64,000 nucleotides of DNA from Nanobdellota archaeon (lineage in GTDB: Archaea > Nanobdellota > Nanobdellia > Pacearchaeales > GW2011-AR1): contig JAHJSH010000035.1 of assembly GCA_018830525.1 (NCBI GenBank), forward strand, positions 5,582-69,581. The letters run 5' to 3'. The translations under genes and the position numbers were made by a program. Under the pieces are notes generated by a model. It made no database searches. It was not told the DNA's origin and worked only from the letters and a program-made list of their open reading frames with translations. Shown piece after piece: positions 24,399-33,380 of the stretch (position 1 is its first letter; each line of letters begins with the position of its first letter).

Positions 24399-25007
24399 TT
24401 ATTGTTTTGCCAAGATTTTCAGTTCTTTATAAGTTATGCCCAAACTACTCAATTCTTTTCTTCTATCATTTCTATCCATCCAGCTAATCTTTTCGAGAAA
24501 AATTGGAGCAAACCTTCTTAGGAAAAAACTTTTTATTTTGGGAGTAATTTTAATCCATAAAAGTATTGGAATACCATAGACTAAGATAAGTAAGGATAAG
24601 TAAGCCCCCCAACTAAGAGGGTACATTCTCGGAGAGATTTGCTCTAACAAATATGGGAGTAATATAAGTAATATCAAAAACACTAAAAAAGATATAGTAA
24701 CTGCAATCACAAAGATTTTATTACTAAATCTCCGCTTTTCAAAGAAAATAGAATTTATAAAATTTAAAATCAATTGTGAGATTACCCATAATAACATTAA
24801 TGATACAAAAGCTACAATCAGAAAAGCGGGAGAAGCCAGGGAAGTAGAGATTCCCAAAAGGATCATCGCAACAGATATAGAAACTATCATAAGAAGAAGG
24901 GCAAGAATCGCATTATCTATTGTTCCCAGGGTAACCTCCCCCCTAATGATGTTCAATTTAAAATTAATCTTTTTCAGTTCCTTCAGTATTAAAGTTCTTT
25001 CAGCCAT
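24399..25007 (-). CDS. polytopic membrane protein
   Basis: 202 aa with 4-5 TM helices. The island promoter motif lies upstream. Confidence 0.5.
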   Translation of the reverse strand: MAERTLILKELKKINFKLNIIRGEVTLGTIDNAILALLLMIVSISVAMILLGISTSLASPAFLIVAFVSLMLLWVISQLILNFINSIFFEKRRFSNKIFVIAVTISFLVFLILLILLPYLLEQISPRMYPLSWGAYLSLLILVYGIPILLWIKITPKIKSFFLRRFAPIFLEKISWMDRNDRRKELSSLGITYKELKILAKQ

Positions 25008-25045
25008 TTTATCTTCTTATCCCTAGCAGGAAATAGAGAATCAAA

Positions 25046-25062
25046 CCTTAAAAATCTTTAGA
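25046..25062 (-). promoter_or_regulatory. island-type BRE/TATA 17-mer
   Basis: Minus strand TCTAAAGATTTTTAAGG, about 39 nt upstream of ATG 25007. Confidence 0.5.
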
Positions 25063-25067
25063 AATAA

Positions 25068-25964
25068 TCACATTATAGTCACCCTTTTTCGGTCTGGATC
25101 TTTTAGGGATGGATCCTCTTTTAACATAGTTTTCGCAAAATCAAATTTATTTTCATTGGAAAAGATAAATCTTGTTGAATATCTGACTTGCAAATCTCTC
25201 TCCCGAATAATATTACGATAATCTCTGGTATTCTTTTTACTAGATTCTTTCTTAAATAAAATAGGATCACAGATAGTTAGGCATAAATTTGGAGTCAATG
25301 GGAAATGTACCTCAATACCTGTCGATGTTAAACCTAAATTTCCATAAGGAAAATGATCTATTGAGTTATGTTTAGCTACGGGATCATCTGAACTCCAGAA
25401 CGGCGTTTTTAGTTTATTGGAAATAAGAATCCATTTCATTTCCTTTATTATTCTTTTAAACATCTCTTTATTTTCAAGTATCATTCTCTTGTGGCCTTTC
25501 CGGAGGCTTGATTTCTCCATTGACTTTTCAGCTTCTAACCTCAGTTTTTCTGATAAGTGGCCTTCAAATTTTTCTAAAAATTGTTTAGAAGTTTGTTTGA
25601 CTGATATGCGCGTTTCCTTCGTCCTTATCATCTGCACAGCAATAAATTCGGCGATAGAATCCAAGTCTTCAGAACTTATTTTGGCTAAATCCTTGCTATT
25701 GATTAAATTAGTTATGGCTCCGCCGAATCTAGATTCAATATTGCATAATGTTTTCTCTGCAATTTGTTCTTCATCAACAGTATCATAGAATTCTTCTTCA
25801 AAAGCTATGTTCTCTATGTTTGTCTGAAATATTTCTTCAGTTTCTTTGTCAAAAACCCAAATATAATATTTCTTCCCATTATAATTTGAAAAATTTCTCA
25901 AATAAACTCTTGGGACATAATGCTGTAATCTAACCTTTTGTTCTATTTTGACCATAAAATACAT
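25068..25964 (-). CDS. DUF4238-like protein
   Basis: N-terminal QHYVPRVYLRNFS matches the recalled DUF4238 hallmark (HY.P.FYL..F). The true start may be Met4. Confidence 0.6.
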   Translation of the reverse strand: MYFMVKIEQKVRLQHYVPRVYLRNFSNYNGKKYYIWVFDKETEEIFQTNIENIAFEEEFYDTVDEEQIAEKTLCNIESRFGGAITNLINSKDLAKISSEDLDSIAEFIAVQMIRTKETRISVKQTSKQFLEKFEGHLSEKLRLEAEKSMEKSSLRKGHKRMILENKEMFKRIIKEMKWILISNKLKTPFWSSDDPVAKHNSIDHFPYGNLGLTSTGIEVHFPLTPNLCLTICDPILFKKESSKKNTRDYRNIIRERDLQVRYSTRFIFSNENKFDFAKTMLKEDPSLKDPDRKRVTIM

Positions 25965-25975
25965 TAAAAATCAGA

Positions 25976-25992
25976 CATTAAAAATCTTTAGA
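25976..25992 (-). promoter_or_regulatory. island-type BRE/TATA 17-mer
   Basis: Minus strand TCTAAAGATTTTTAATG, upstream of CDS 25068..25964. Preceded by a half-copy acattaaaaatc. Confidence 0.45.
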
Positions 25993-26091
25993 CTCAATCC
26001 CATTAACCTCTGCCAACCTCTTAACAATCTCCACAAGCTCATTCCATTCCCTTAAAGACATGCAAGCCATCATCCCTTCATCCTCTTCCAT
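25978..26091 (-). CDS. 37-aa hypothetical protein (below the ORF-track cutoff)
   Basis: MEEDEGMMACMSLREWNELVEIVKRLAEVNGIESKDF. TATA-like GTATATAAAG about 25 nt upstream of ATG 26091. Confidence 0.3.
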   Translation of the reverse strand: MEEDEGMMACMSLREWNELVEIVKRLAEVNGIESKDF

Positions 26092-26204
26092 GAAAATAAA
26101 TTGCGCAGCACTTTATATACGCGCGCCATAACTTTTCAGGGGCGCAACTTTTTGAAAATTGTATTCGGAGTTAACTTTTTATATCCCATTTCTATAGTTA
26201 TTTT

Positions 26205-27404
26205 ATGAAGACTAAATCTATTATTACAACACTATTTTTATTTATGCTAATTTCTTCTACAATTGTTTCTGCAGAAAATAATGATTTTGAGATAGGGACT
26301 ATAAGTGTAAAGACTCCTGCAAGTTATCAAGATAGTTATGCAGTTATGAAGGTAAGGATAACCTCACTTAATAGCGTTTGTGATCAAAGTTGTAGTTGGT
26401 CCGCTACAGGGGGAGATGCAGGTACATTTGATTTAGTTGATGATGATTTTTATTCTTTAGAATTTAACTCAAATGCAAAATCAGGACAAGGAAGTGTTAA
26501 TGGGGTTCTAGATGTGAGTTGTTCTGAAGAGTGGTATTGTGGGGGATCGGATTCGGGTACCCAGTCTTTTTCCCATAGTTATCCATTTTTAGGAGATGGT
26601 CAATGTGAAACGACCAATAATCGGGAAGATTGTACAAATGCTAAATCTGATTGTACTTGTTCTTCTGGGAAAAGTTGCATAGATGATAAGGGAGATTCAT
26701 CAAGAAGTGATTTAGATTCAAGGAAATGTGCAACATATTGCGGGAATGGTATTAAAGAGTCTCCCATCGAAACTTGCTTAACCTGTCAATCAGATGTGGG
26801 AAAATGTGATGGAATTCCTTGTAACTCCGGGGGTGAATGTGAAGGCAGTTATTGTGTTCACGGAAAATGTTGGAATGAACCCTACAAGGTGGGGGACGGA
26901 TCATGTGATTTGAATGAAGGAGAGGATTGTAAAAACTCTGTAGCAGATTGTGCTTGTGGAAATAATGAGCGTTGTGGTTCCCAAAGGGTATGTGAGACTT
27001 GGTGTGGTAATAATGTATGTGAATCATTTGAAGCGGGGAAATGTGAAGCAGATTGTCAATGGTGTGGCGATGGTGAATGTGATTCCAGTAAGGGAGAAAA
27101 CTGTAATTCTTGTGATTCAGATTGTGGGGTTTGTGAGGATGAAGAGTATAACCAGGAACTCCAGACACAGACACAGGATGTAATAAGCGAGGGACTAAAA
27201 AGCTCATCACAAAAACAGAAGATAATCAGCTATTCTGCAATCGGATTAATTTTATTAGTAATCTTAGGATACATTGGATTCAAGTTTATTCTAAGTAAGA
27301 AGGCTCAGTCTAAGATTATCGATAAGGTCGAAAAGGACTTGAATATTAAGAAAACAAAATCAAAAAGAAAGACAAAGAAGAAAAAGTCCAAAAAGAAAAA
27401 ATGA
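26205..27404 (+). CDS. secreted Cys-rich repeat protein with C-terminal TM anchor and poly-Lys tail
   Basis: Signal peptide. Repeated CGNG/CGDG.C...C..DCG.C modules. TM helix plus KKTKSKRKTKKKKSKKKK. Confidence 0.65.
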   Translation: MKTKSIITTLFLFMLISSTIVSAENNDFEIGTISVKTPASYQDSYAVMKVRITSLNSVCDQSCSWSATGGDAGTFDLVDDDFYSLEFNSNAKSGQGSVNGVLDVSCSEEWYCGGSDSGTQSFSHSYPFLGDGQCETTNNREDCTNAKSDCTCSSGKSCIDDKGDSSRSDLDSRKCATYCGNGIKESPIETCLTCQSDVGKCDGIPCNSGGECEGSYCVHGKCWNEPYKVGDGSCDLNEGEDCKNSVADCACGNNERCGSQRVCETWCGNNVCESFEAGKCEADCQWCGDGECDSSKGENCNSCDSDCGVCEDEEYNQELQTQTQDVISEGLKSSSQKQKIISYSAIGLILLVILGYIGFKFILSKKAQSKIIDKVEKDLNIKKTKSKRKTKKKKSKKKK

Positions 27405-28747
27405 AATTCTCTGAAAAGGAAATTATTATAGGAATAATCTTAATAATTATGGTAGTTGCATTCTCTATCAATATTTTCTGGGCAGACCCCGTGAACGTTA
27501 ATTTTTGTGGCGATGGAAAATGTACTGGGTCAGAAGTAGGAGAGTGCAAAATTGACTGTGATTGGTGTGGCGATGGTTATTGTCAATCTAACGAGGACTG
27601 CTCTTCTTGTTCAAATGATTGTGGCGTATGTGGTTCTGGCTCATTTTGTGGCGATGGAGTTTGTAATCTGGGGGAATGTAATTCGGCTTGTTGGAATGAT
27701 TGTAGTTATCTTGAATGTGAGGATGGAATTTGTGATGAAGAAAAAGGAGAAAATTGCGTCAATTCTCCCAATGATTGTAGTTGCTCTGAGGGATACTGTG
27801 ATTCGGATTCTCAACAATGCGTCTATCAGAGTTGCGGAAATAATAACTGTGAAAGTCACGAATCCTATTTGAATTGTCCAAATGATTGTAGCGGAGTTGC
27901 ATATTCTGCAGAGGATAATTCTGGATCAAATTATCCAATTATTTTTGTGCATGGGCATTCTGTTGGTGGGGGAGATAGTTCTTTCAGTTTACATACCTTT
28001 ACGGATTTTCAGGATAAATTGGCAAGTGATGGGTTATATGAGGATCGTGGATATATTTTAGCAAGTGAAGAAAAAAATGATTTTACTGAAGGACAATGGT
28101 CTAATACCCTAAAACCTCTTTCCTTCAGAACAACATATTACTTGGGGGAATACAGTTCAATTACAGATTCAATTTTACAGGATGATAATCATCCAATATC
28201 TGAATATTCCACAAGACTTTCGAAGGTTGTAGCCAATGTTCTTTATGCTACTGGGAAAGATAAGGTAATTATTATTGCCCATTCTATGGGGGGATTAGTT
28301 TCTAGAGATTATATAAAAAATCGTGGTGGGGAGAACAAAGTTGATAAATTGATTACAATTGGAACTCCAAATCATGGGACTTACGGTTATTCTTCATTCG
28401 CCTGTGAAAGCCCCCTCTCAAGATCTTCTCCATCTCCTGAATGTGACGACATGAATAGTGAAAGTGAATTTATAGTAAACTTAAATTCTGGAGACGAAAC
28501 TCCAGGGAATATAGATTATTTAGCTATAATTGGAAAGGGGGAATCTGGACTAGATGATTGGGGGTTATTTTGCCCAGGGGATGAAGATAGCGATGGAGTG
28601 GTCTGCGAGTCTAGTGCTCATCTTTCCGGAGCCACAATCTATGAGTATGAGAAGAAATCTTCAGTAGATAGGAGATTACATAGCGCACTAGTACATCCCT
28701 CTGAAGTTCCAGAAGTTTACAATAAGATCGTAGAATTTTTAGGATAA
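27401..28747 (+). CDS. Cys-rich repeat protein fused to an alpha/beta-hydrolase (lipase/esterase) domain
   Basis: ATGA overlap with the upstream gene. CGDG.C modules, then IIFVHGH and nucleophile elbow AHSMGG. Confidence 0.7.
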   Translation: MKFSEKEIIIGIILIIMVVAFSINIFWADPVNVNFCGDGKCTGSEVGECKIDCDWCGDGYCQSNEDCSSCSNDCGVCGSGSFCGDGVCNLGECNSACWNDCSYLECEDGICDEEKGENCVNSPNDCSCSEGYCDSDSQQCVYQSCGNNNCESHESYLNCPNDCSGVAYSAEDNSGSNYPIIFVHGHSVGGGDSSFSLHTFTDFQDKLASDGLYEDRGYILASEEKNDFTEGQWSNTLKPLSFRTTYYLGEYSSITDSILQDDNHPISEYSTRLSKVVANVLYATGKDKVIIIAHSMGGLVSRDYIKNRGGENKVDKLITIGTPNHGTYGYSSFACESPLSRSSPSPECDDMNSESEFIVNLNSGDETPGNIDYLAIIGKGESGLDDWGLFCPGDEDSDGVVCESSAHLSGATIYEYEKKSSVDRRLHSALVHPSEVPEVYNKIVEFLG

Positions 28748-29136
28748 TTCTTCATCTTCAGATATTTCATAATCAACCTTTCAGTTCTTTTAGAAATGTT
28801 TACCTTGCTTCCCGGCTTCCAGTGAGCCACAGATTTTATCTCATGTCTCGGTCTCAATCTCCCACTTGCCTTAATTAAGAACACTTTTGCATGATTAACA
28901 ACTCTTCGGCCTTTATTGTCATGCCATTGGTATCCTTTGTAGCTAAAAAGATATTTTGTTTTCTTAGTCCAAAGACCAGTTTCTTCCCTAAGTTCTCTCA
29001 TCGCCGCCTTCTTACGAGATTCTCCCTTATCTGCTCCACCCCCGGGAAGAGCAAATACCTTTCTTCTTCCAGCAACCACCAAGATTCCTTTTTCAGATTC
29101 AACAATTGCCACGCCTTTTTTTCTTATTCTTGTCAT
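28717..29136 (-). CDS. NUDIX hydrolase
   Basis: NUDIX box GGGADKGESRKKAAMRELREETGL (G.5E.7REU.EE.GU). Confidence 0.8.
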   Translation of the reverse strand: MTRIRKKGVAIVESEKGILVVAGRRKVFALPGGGADKGESRKKAAMRELREETGLWTKKTKYLFSYKGYQWHDNKGRRVVNHAKVFLIKASGRLRPRHEIKSVAHWKPGSKVNISKRTERLIMKYLKMKNYPKNSTILL

Positions 29137-29140
29137 TTTA

Positions 29141-29860
29141 TCAATAAATTCCGATCAAATATTCTTTATCTTTATCAGAGGTTCTCGCGTCACACTCCCT
29201 AACCATTGGAGCCATCACATCCCACCTATACTCATCTAAATAGATTGTTTTATTGTTATAGTTGCACCATTTTTTACCTCCACACGCATCCCAAAAATCC
29301 TCCCCCATTGGATGTTCCAACCCCAATAAGTGTAATACCTCATGAATTAATGGCCCTGGCAATGCATTCTCACAGACAGTGGGATCATAAAGAACGACTT
29401 CTCCTGGAGCGTATATGTTAGAACCTTCATAATACGAAATAAATGCCTCCGCAATTGTTTCATAACCATCCCCCCTAAAAGGTTGCAGTTCTGTATCACA
29501 TACAAAAAATATATCTGGTGTTGAAGAACTATTCTTTTCAAAAGTTACTGCCCCCAATGTTTCGTTTGTGATAAAATCCAAAGCCTCATTTATTTTTCTA
29601 TTAAACCAATCCTGGTTACAGGGAGAGTCATACTTTCTATCTGTTGTCTCATATGCCCATGTCAATGGCATATGGTCCCAATGCATCTCGGAAGTGTCTG
29701 AGAAGGGATCTTCATCAGATATATTATTTTCATAAATTACATTTCCGGTAATTGAGCCATCAATCCTTGAAGAATTCCCTAACGTAGAAAGCCAAAAGAG
29801 ACCCCCAAAAACCAAAACTACTAACCAAACTGTATCGCTAGTTTTCCATCGATCTACCAT
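29141..29860 (-). CDS. secreted zinc metalloprotease, metzincin-type
   Basis: HEVLHLLGLEH matches HExxHxxGxxH. N-terminal TM/signal segment. Confidence 0.7.
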   Translation of the reverse strand: MVDRWKTSDTVWLVVLVFGGLFWLSTLGNSSRIDGSITGNVIYENNISDEDPFSDTSEMHWDHMPLTWAYETTDRKYDSPCNQDWFNRKINEALDFITNETLGAVTFEKNSSSTPDIFFVCDTELQPFRGDGYETIAEAFISYYEGSNIYAPGEVVLYDPTVCENALPGPLIHEVLHLLGLEHPMGEDFWDACGGKKWCNYNNKTIYLDEYRWDVMAPMVRECDARTSDKDKEYLIGIY

Positions 29861-29880
29861 AAGATTTCCACAAAAACAAT

Positions 29881-29897
29881 CCTTAAAAATCTTCCCA
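29881..29897 (-). promoter_or_regulatory. island-type BRE/TATA motif
   Basis: Minus strand TGGGAAGATTTTTAAGG, 21 nt upstream of ATG 29860. Confidence 0.5.
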
Positions 29898-29902
29898 ATA
29901 AT

Positions 29903-31090
29903 CTAATACTTTATCCTAATCTGTTTCCCGTCTTTTGAATCATAAACATAGTAGTTAGTTACGCCTTTCTCAACAGTTACTTTCTGCCCATTTTCACAAT
30001 TGAATCCATTTAAAACATAGGAATTAGTACTTTCCACACCTGCCGGCTTCCATTCAGAACTAACTGCAGTATACCAACGATAGTTGATAGTCCCCGAACT
30101 ACCAGTTTCCCAACGAGAAACTATCAGATCATCACAATAAATCCAATTTGGAAATTGATTTTTATATTTCCCAACATAACAAGACCCTACATTATTCTCT
30201 ATTGTCCAGACATCTAGGTTTATTAGGGCCTGGGTACTCAGTTGCATCCCAGATAGAGAATCAAATTTTTCTTTTGTTAAAAGGGTTTCACCAGTATAGA
30301 TCATTGTAGGACATAAAAGTTTATCCTCAGACAATCCCGAAGTATTTTGAGGAGAATCACTAATTATGTCAGTGAAGGAACCCGTGAGGGAACTAAGGTA
30401 CCCAAGATTTCCAACAACTAGTATCAAAATAAGAATAAGTGTGGCCCACGGTCGTGAACTAGATTTCAATCTTATTTTTTTAAGTATGATAATTGCACTT
30501 GCTAGAAAAAAACCAATAATCAGGGATGTGAAAAATCCTCCAGGAGAAGCTTTATTTTTAAGTATTAACTCATTTACTATCCATACAACATTTGAATAAA
30601 CCAAAAAATAAAAAATAAACCAGTCCATCCTAAAGGAGTATTTATGATCATGGCTCCGAACAAGTTCCACCACTATAGAGATAATAATTGCCGTGAGTAA
30701 AGTTATTAGAAGGTTGTTTGCGATGGACAGTTTGCCAATTGCAAAATTACTTATTAAAACCCCGATAGTACAAATAATGACCCACTTAGCTATATCTATC
30801 GCTTGGCTTACAGTCCCATTAAAGTCCATTTTATTTTTCCCCATATCTGAATTATTATTAACACTCTTGACTTCTTTAAAATCCTTTCTGTGCCTATAAT
30901 TTATTGCAGTTGTCTTTTTATGTTTAGTTTTCGATAAAGAATTCCTTTTCAGCCCAGAACAATTATGATCTTCCGGAAGGATATGCTTGTCACAATGTCT
31001 TTCCCCACAAAATTTACAAGAATGGGGCATCCCAGTTATTCTCCCACCACAATAATTACATCGGCTAGGACCTTTCTTTCTATGGGCCAT
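29903..31090 (-). CDS. AN1-type zinc-finger membrane protein
   Basis: CNYCGGRITGMPHSCKFCGERHCDKHILPEDHNC fits the AN1 C/H spacing. It is followed by several TM helices and an extracellular domain. Confidence 0.65.
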   Translation of the reverse strand: MAHRKKGPSRCNYCGGRITGMPHSCKFCGERHCDKHILPEDHNCSGLKRNSLSKTKHKKTTAINYRHRKDFKEVKSVNNNSDMGKNKMDFNGTVSQAIDIAKWVIICTIGVLISNFAIGKLSIANNLLITLLTAIIISIVVELVRSHDHKYSFRMDWFIFYFLVYSNVVWIVNELILKNKASPGGFFTSLIIGFFLASAIIILKKIRLKSSSRPWATLILILILVVGNLGYLSSLTGSFTDIISDSPQNTSGLSEDKLLCPTMIYTGETLLTKEKFDSLSGMQLSTQALINLDVWTIENNVGSCYVGKYKNQFPNWIYCDDLIVSRWETGSSGTINYRWYTAVSSEWKPAGVESTNSYVLNGFNCENGQKVTVEKGVTNYYVYDSKDGKQIRIKY

Positions 31091-31110
31091 AGAATACCCA
31101 ACAATTCCAA

Positions 31111-31127
31111 CCTTAAAAATGTTTAGA
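31111..31127 (-). promoter_or_regulatory. island-type BRE/TATA motif
   Basis: Minus strand TCTAAACATTTTTAAGG, 21 nt upstream of ATG 31090. Confidence 0.5.
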
Positions 31128-31130
31128 AAT

Positions 31131-31598
31131 TCACTTTCTCTTTGGTTTCAAAATAGAATAGCCTTTTTTTATTAAATGGTCTTCATGGGTGCGATTTGCT
31201 GTTGCCCCAATAATTATACAAAAAAGGATACTTCCAATCCATCCAAAGAATGAAGCTATCAATAAATTTCCTATAAACACCAATAACATCATCCCAATCA
31301 TTCCCTTTACTAAAAACCATAAGGGGCCGAAGAAAAATGCCCAGCCATTAAAACCAATCCCCACTTCTTCGATATAACCAGATGCTTTTTGTTTATAGAT
31401 TCTTTTCCCCAATTTATCATTTCTTTCTTCTTCTTTGAGCTTTTTTTCAATTCTCTTTTTTTCTTCCTTTTCTGTAATTTCTTTTAATTTTAAAATTGAT
31501 TTTCTCTTAGGAAAACAATTTTTACAATATTCTCCATCAGAATCAGTATACCCTTCAAAAACTCCTAGCTTTTTCTTACATCCCAAACATTCTCCCAT
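31131..31598 (-). CDS. zinc-ribbon membrane protein
   Basis: Start moved to Met52 (ATG 31598), about 25 nt downstream of the promoter motif at 31619-31635. MGECLGCKKK...CKNC, then TM helices. Confidence 0.5.
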   Translation of the reverse strand: MGECLGCKKKLGVFEGYTDSDGEYCKNCFPKRKSILKLKEITEKEEKKRIEKKLKEEERNDKLGKRIYKQKASGYIEEVGIGFNGWAFFFGPLWFLVKGMIGMMLLVFIGNLLIASFFGWIGSILFCIIIGATANRTHEDHLIKKGYSILKPKRK

Positions 31599-31618
31599 AA
31601 AACATCCACACATTCGAA

Positions 31619-31635
31619 CCTTAAAAATCTCTCCT
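31619..31635 (-). promoter_or_regulatory. island-type BRE/TATA motif
   Basis: Minus strand AGGAGAGATTTTTAAGG. Confidence 0.45.
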
Positions 31636-31915
31636 TTTTGGCGCCCCTGCCAAGTTATTGCGCTATTATATAAATTCAGGCGCAGTTTCTCCTTATGGAT
31701 GACGAATGGGAACCTGTGATATGTTTTCCTTATTCTAAATGGATTGAGCATGTCAAAATAATTGAAGAGCTCATTGCGTTTTCACAAGAAAGAAAGAAAG
31801 AAATTGCGTAAGAAACGGTCAATAACGAGTCGACCTTCGAGGGTATCTCGTTAGCGGCGTGTATAATTTTGAAGAAATTTGAATGAAGAAAAAGAAGTTT
31901 TGTCGAAGAGAAAAC

Positions 31916-31959
31916 ATGGCCCCACCAAGAATCGAACTTGGGTCTGCTCGGTGTAAACG
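31916..31959 (-). repeat. 44-bp direct repeat copy inside or abutting tRNA-Val (att-like)
   Basis: Identical to 24216-24259. Confidence 0.9.
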
Positions 31960-31987
31960 AGATGGTCTGCCATTAGCCTATGGGGCC
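31917..31987 (-). tRNA. tRNA-Val(UAC): tRNA-Val (anticodon UAC)
   Basis: GGCCCCA-TA-GGCT-AATGGCA-GACC-A-TCTCG-TTTACAC-CGAGC-AGAC-CCAAG-TTCGATT-CTTGG-TGGGGCC-A. One mismatch each in the D and anticodon stems. No encoded CCA. Confidence 0.8.
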
Positions 31988-32135
31988 GCCATAATAGAAC
32001 AATAAAAATCTCACTTTTAAATCTAACTAATTCTATCAACGAAATTTTTATAAAGGAGATGTTCTATCTGATTTGATGAAAAAGTAGCTTCGAAGAAGCT
32101 TCATGTTTCATTTTATTAAAAATGGATATTAAAAA

Positions 32136-33020
32136 ATGAAAAAGGTGTTTGTTGTTTTGATGTTTTTGATGTTGGTTGGCGGAGCCTTGGCTATGACTTC
32201 ACCGATTAGGATTCAGGTTGGGGCAGGGAATGATGTTAGGTTGAATGCTCGAGATTCTACAACAGGTGTTACAATTGGAAATTATAAGGATGTGGGAATC
32301 GCAGATGAAAATGGATTATTTGAGACTAGAATATATTCCTTATTGGATCTAAATGGCGCAGTATTTCATGTTAAGGTTTATTCTGGATTGACATTGCTTC
32401 AAGATAAACAGTTTGATGCTTCAGAGGTTAGTGAGCCTTTGTTGTTTGATTGTACTAGTGAGTGTTTTAGTTCTACTTATGAATATATTGTTGAGGGAGT
32501 TGAGCCCGTTGTGGGGGTTGAGGAAGAATTGGAGACTGTTGATGGGATAATTGAGGAGAGTACCGATGAAACGATAGAAGGGGAAATTGTTGTTGATGAC
32601 GGAGAAGTTATTGAAACAGGTTTTAGTGGGATGGCTATATTTGTTAAAGAGGATGGTTCGATTAATTGGGTTTATTCTGTTGGGGCTGGAGTTGTTGTTT
32701 TGCTATTATTGATTGTTTTAATTGCTCTTGCCGTTCGTCATTCTAAAAAAGGGGAGGGAAAAGAAGTAGCTTTAGATGATGAAGAGAAAGAGTTAGAGGA
32801 TATGGAAGAGAAGGTTAAAGAGACGGAGAACAAGATTAAGAAAGTTAAGGAGAAAAAGGATAGAAGGATAAAAATTTATAATGCTAAGATTAAGTTGGCT
32901 GAAGAAGAGAGAGAGTTAAAGGAGCTTGAAGAAGATGGAGATAAGGCTGAAGTTGAGAAACAAGAAGAAGTTGTTGAGAAAGCTGAGGACAAAGTTGACG
33001 ACGCTATTGAGCAGAATTAG
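32136..33020 (+). CDS. secreted/TM-anchored protein with K/E-rich coiled-coil tail
   Basis: Signal peptide, one TM helix, then a charged heptad region. Confidence 0.55.
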   Translation: MKKVFVVLMFLMLVGGALAMTSPIRIQVGAGNDVRLNARDSTTGVTIGNYKDVGIADENGLFETRIYSLLDLNGAVFHVKVYSGLTLLQDKQFDASEVSEPLLFDCTSECFSSTYEYIVEGVEPVVGVEEELETVDGIIEESTDETIEGEIVVDDGEVIETGFSGMAIFVKEDGSINWVYSVGAGVVVLLLLIVLIALAVRHSKKGEGKEVALDDEEKELEDMEEKVKETENKIKKVKEKKDRRIKIYNAKIKLAEEERELKELEEDGDKAEVEKQEEVVEKAEDKVDDAIEQN

Positions 33021-33138
33021 TTTCTAGATCTTTGTTGAGATTTTCTGTTGATTTATTGACATAACCGCATCGTGCGCATTTGAAGTCGCTGTCGATTTTT
33101 TCGTATCGTGTTGAGTTGCATGCCGGACATTTTTTCAT
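33004..33138 (-). CDS. 44-aa zinc-ribbon protein (below the ORF-track cutoff)
   Basis: MKKCPACNS...CARCG. GGTTTATAAG about 25 nt upstream of ATG 33138. Confidence 0.4.
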   Translation of the reverse strand: MKKCPACNSTRYEKIDSDFKCARCGYVNKSTENLNKDLETNSAQ

Positions 33139-33380
33139 TATAGTTATTGGAAGGATAAACTTATAAACCAATCTTTTGATTAATCATTGTAAAACATAGT
33201 TTGGAGCGGTTAAAACCGTTCGTTTAAGCTCTTGGACTCCGGTCGCAAAGGGCTGAAGAGTTCAAGATTAATTCTTGACAAATTACAAATACGAAAATGA
33301 TACTCAAAGGGCATAACCTTTTAGGTTACAAGAATCTGCAAGCAGGCGAGAACCCTTGTCGTATCGATAAAAATAATACA

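Noticed and set aside
26752-27210. 152-aa minus-strand His/Asn-rich ORF, plus other internal ORFs (26950..27183, 27552..27872, 27641..27859), inside the Cys-rich protein genes.
   Set aside because: They overlap the strongly patterned Cys-repeat frames, and stop-poor alternative frames are expected there.
31752-32039. ORFs reading across tRNA-Val and its repeat (31851..32039 minus, and a plus-strand MKKKKFCRRENMAPPRIELGSARCKR... frame), checked as possible halves of an SSV-type split integrase.
   Set aside because: They are short and have no recombinase motifs. The frame at the other repeat copy (24216) closes after 26 codons.
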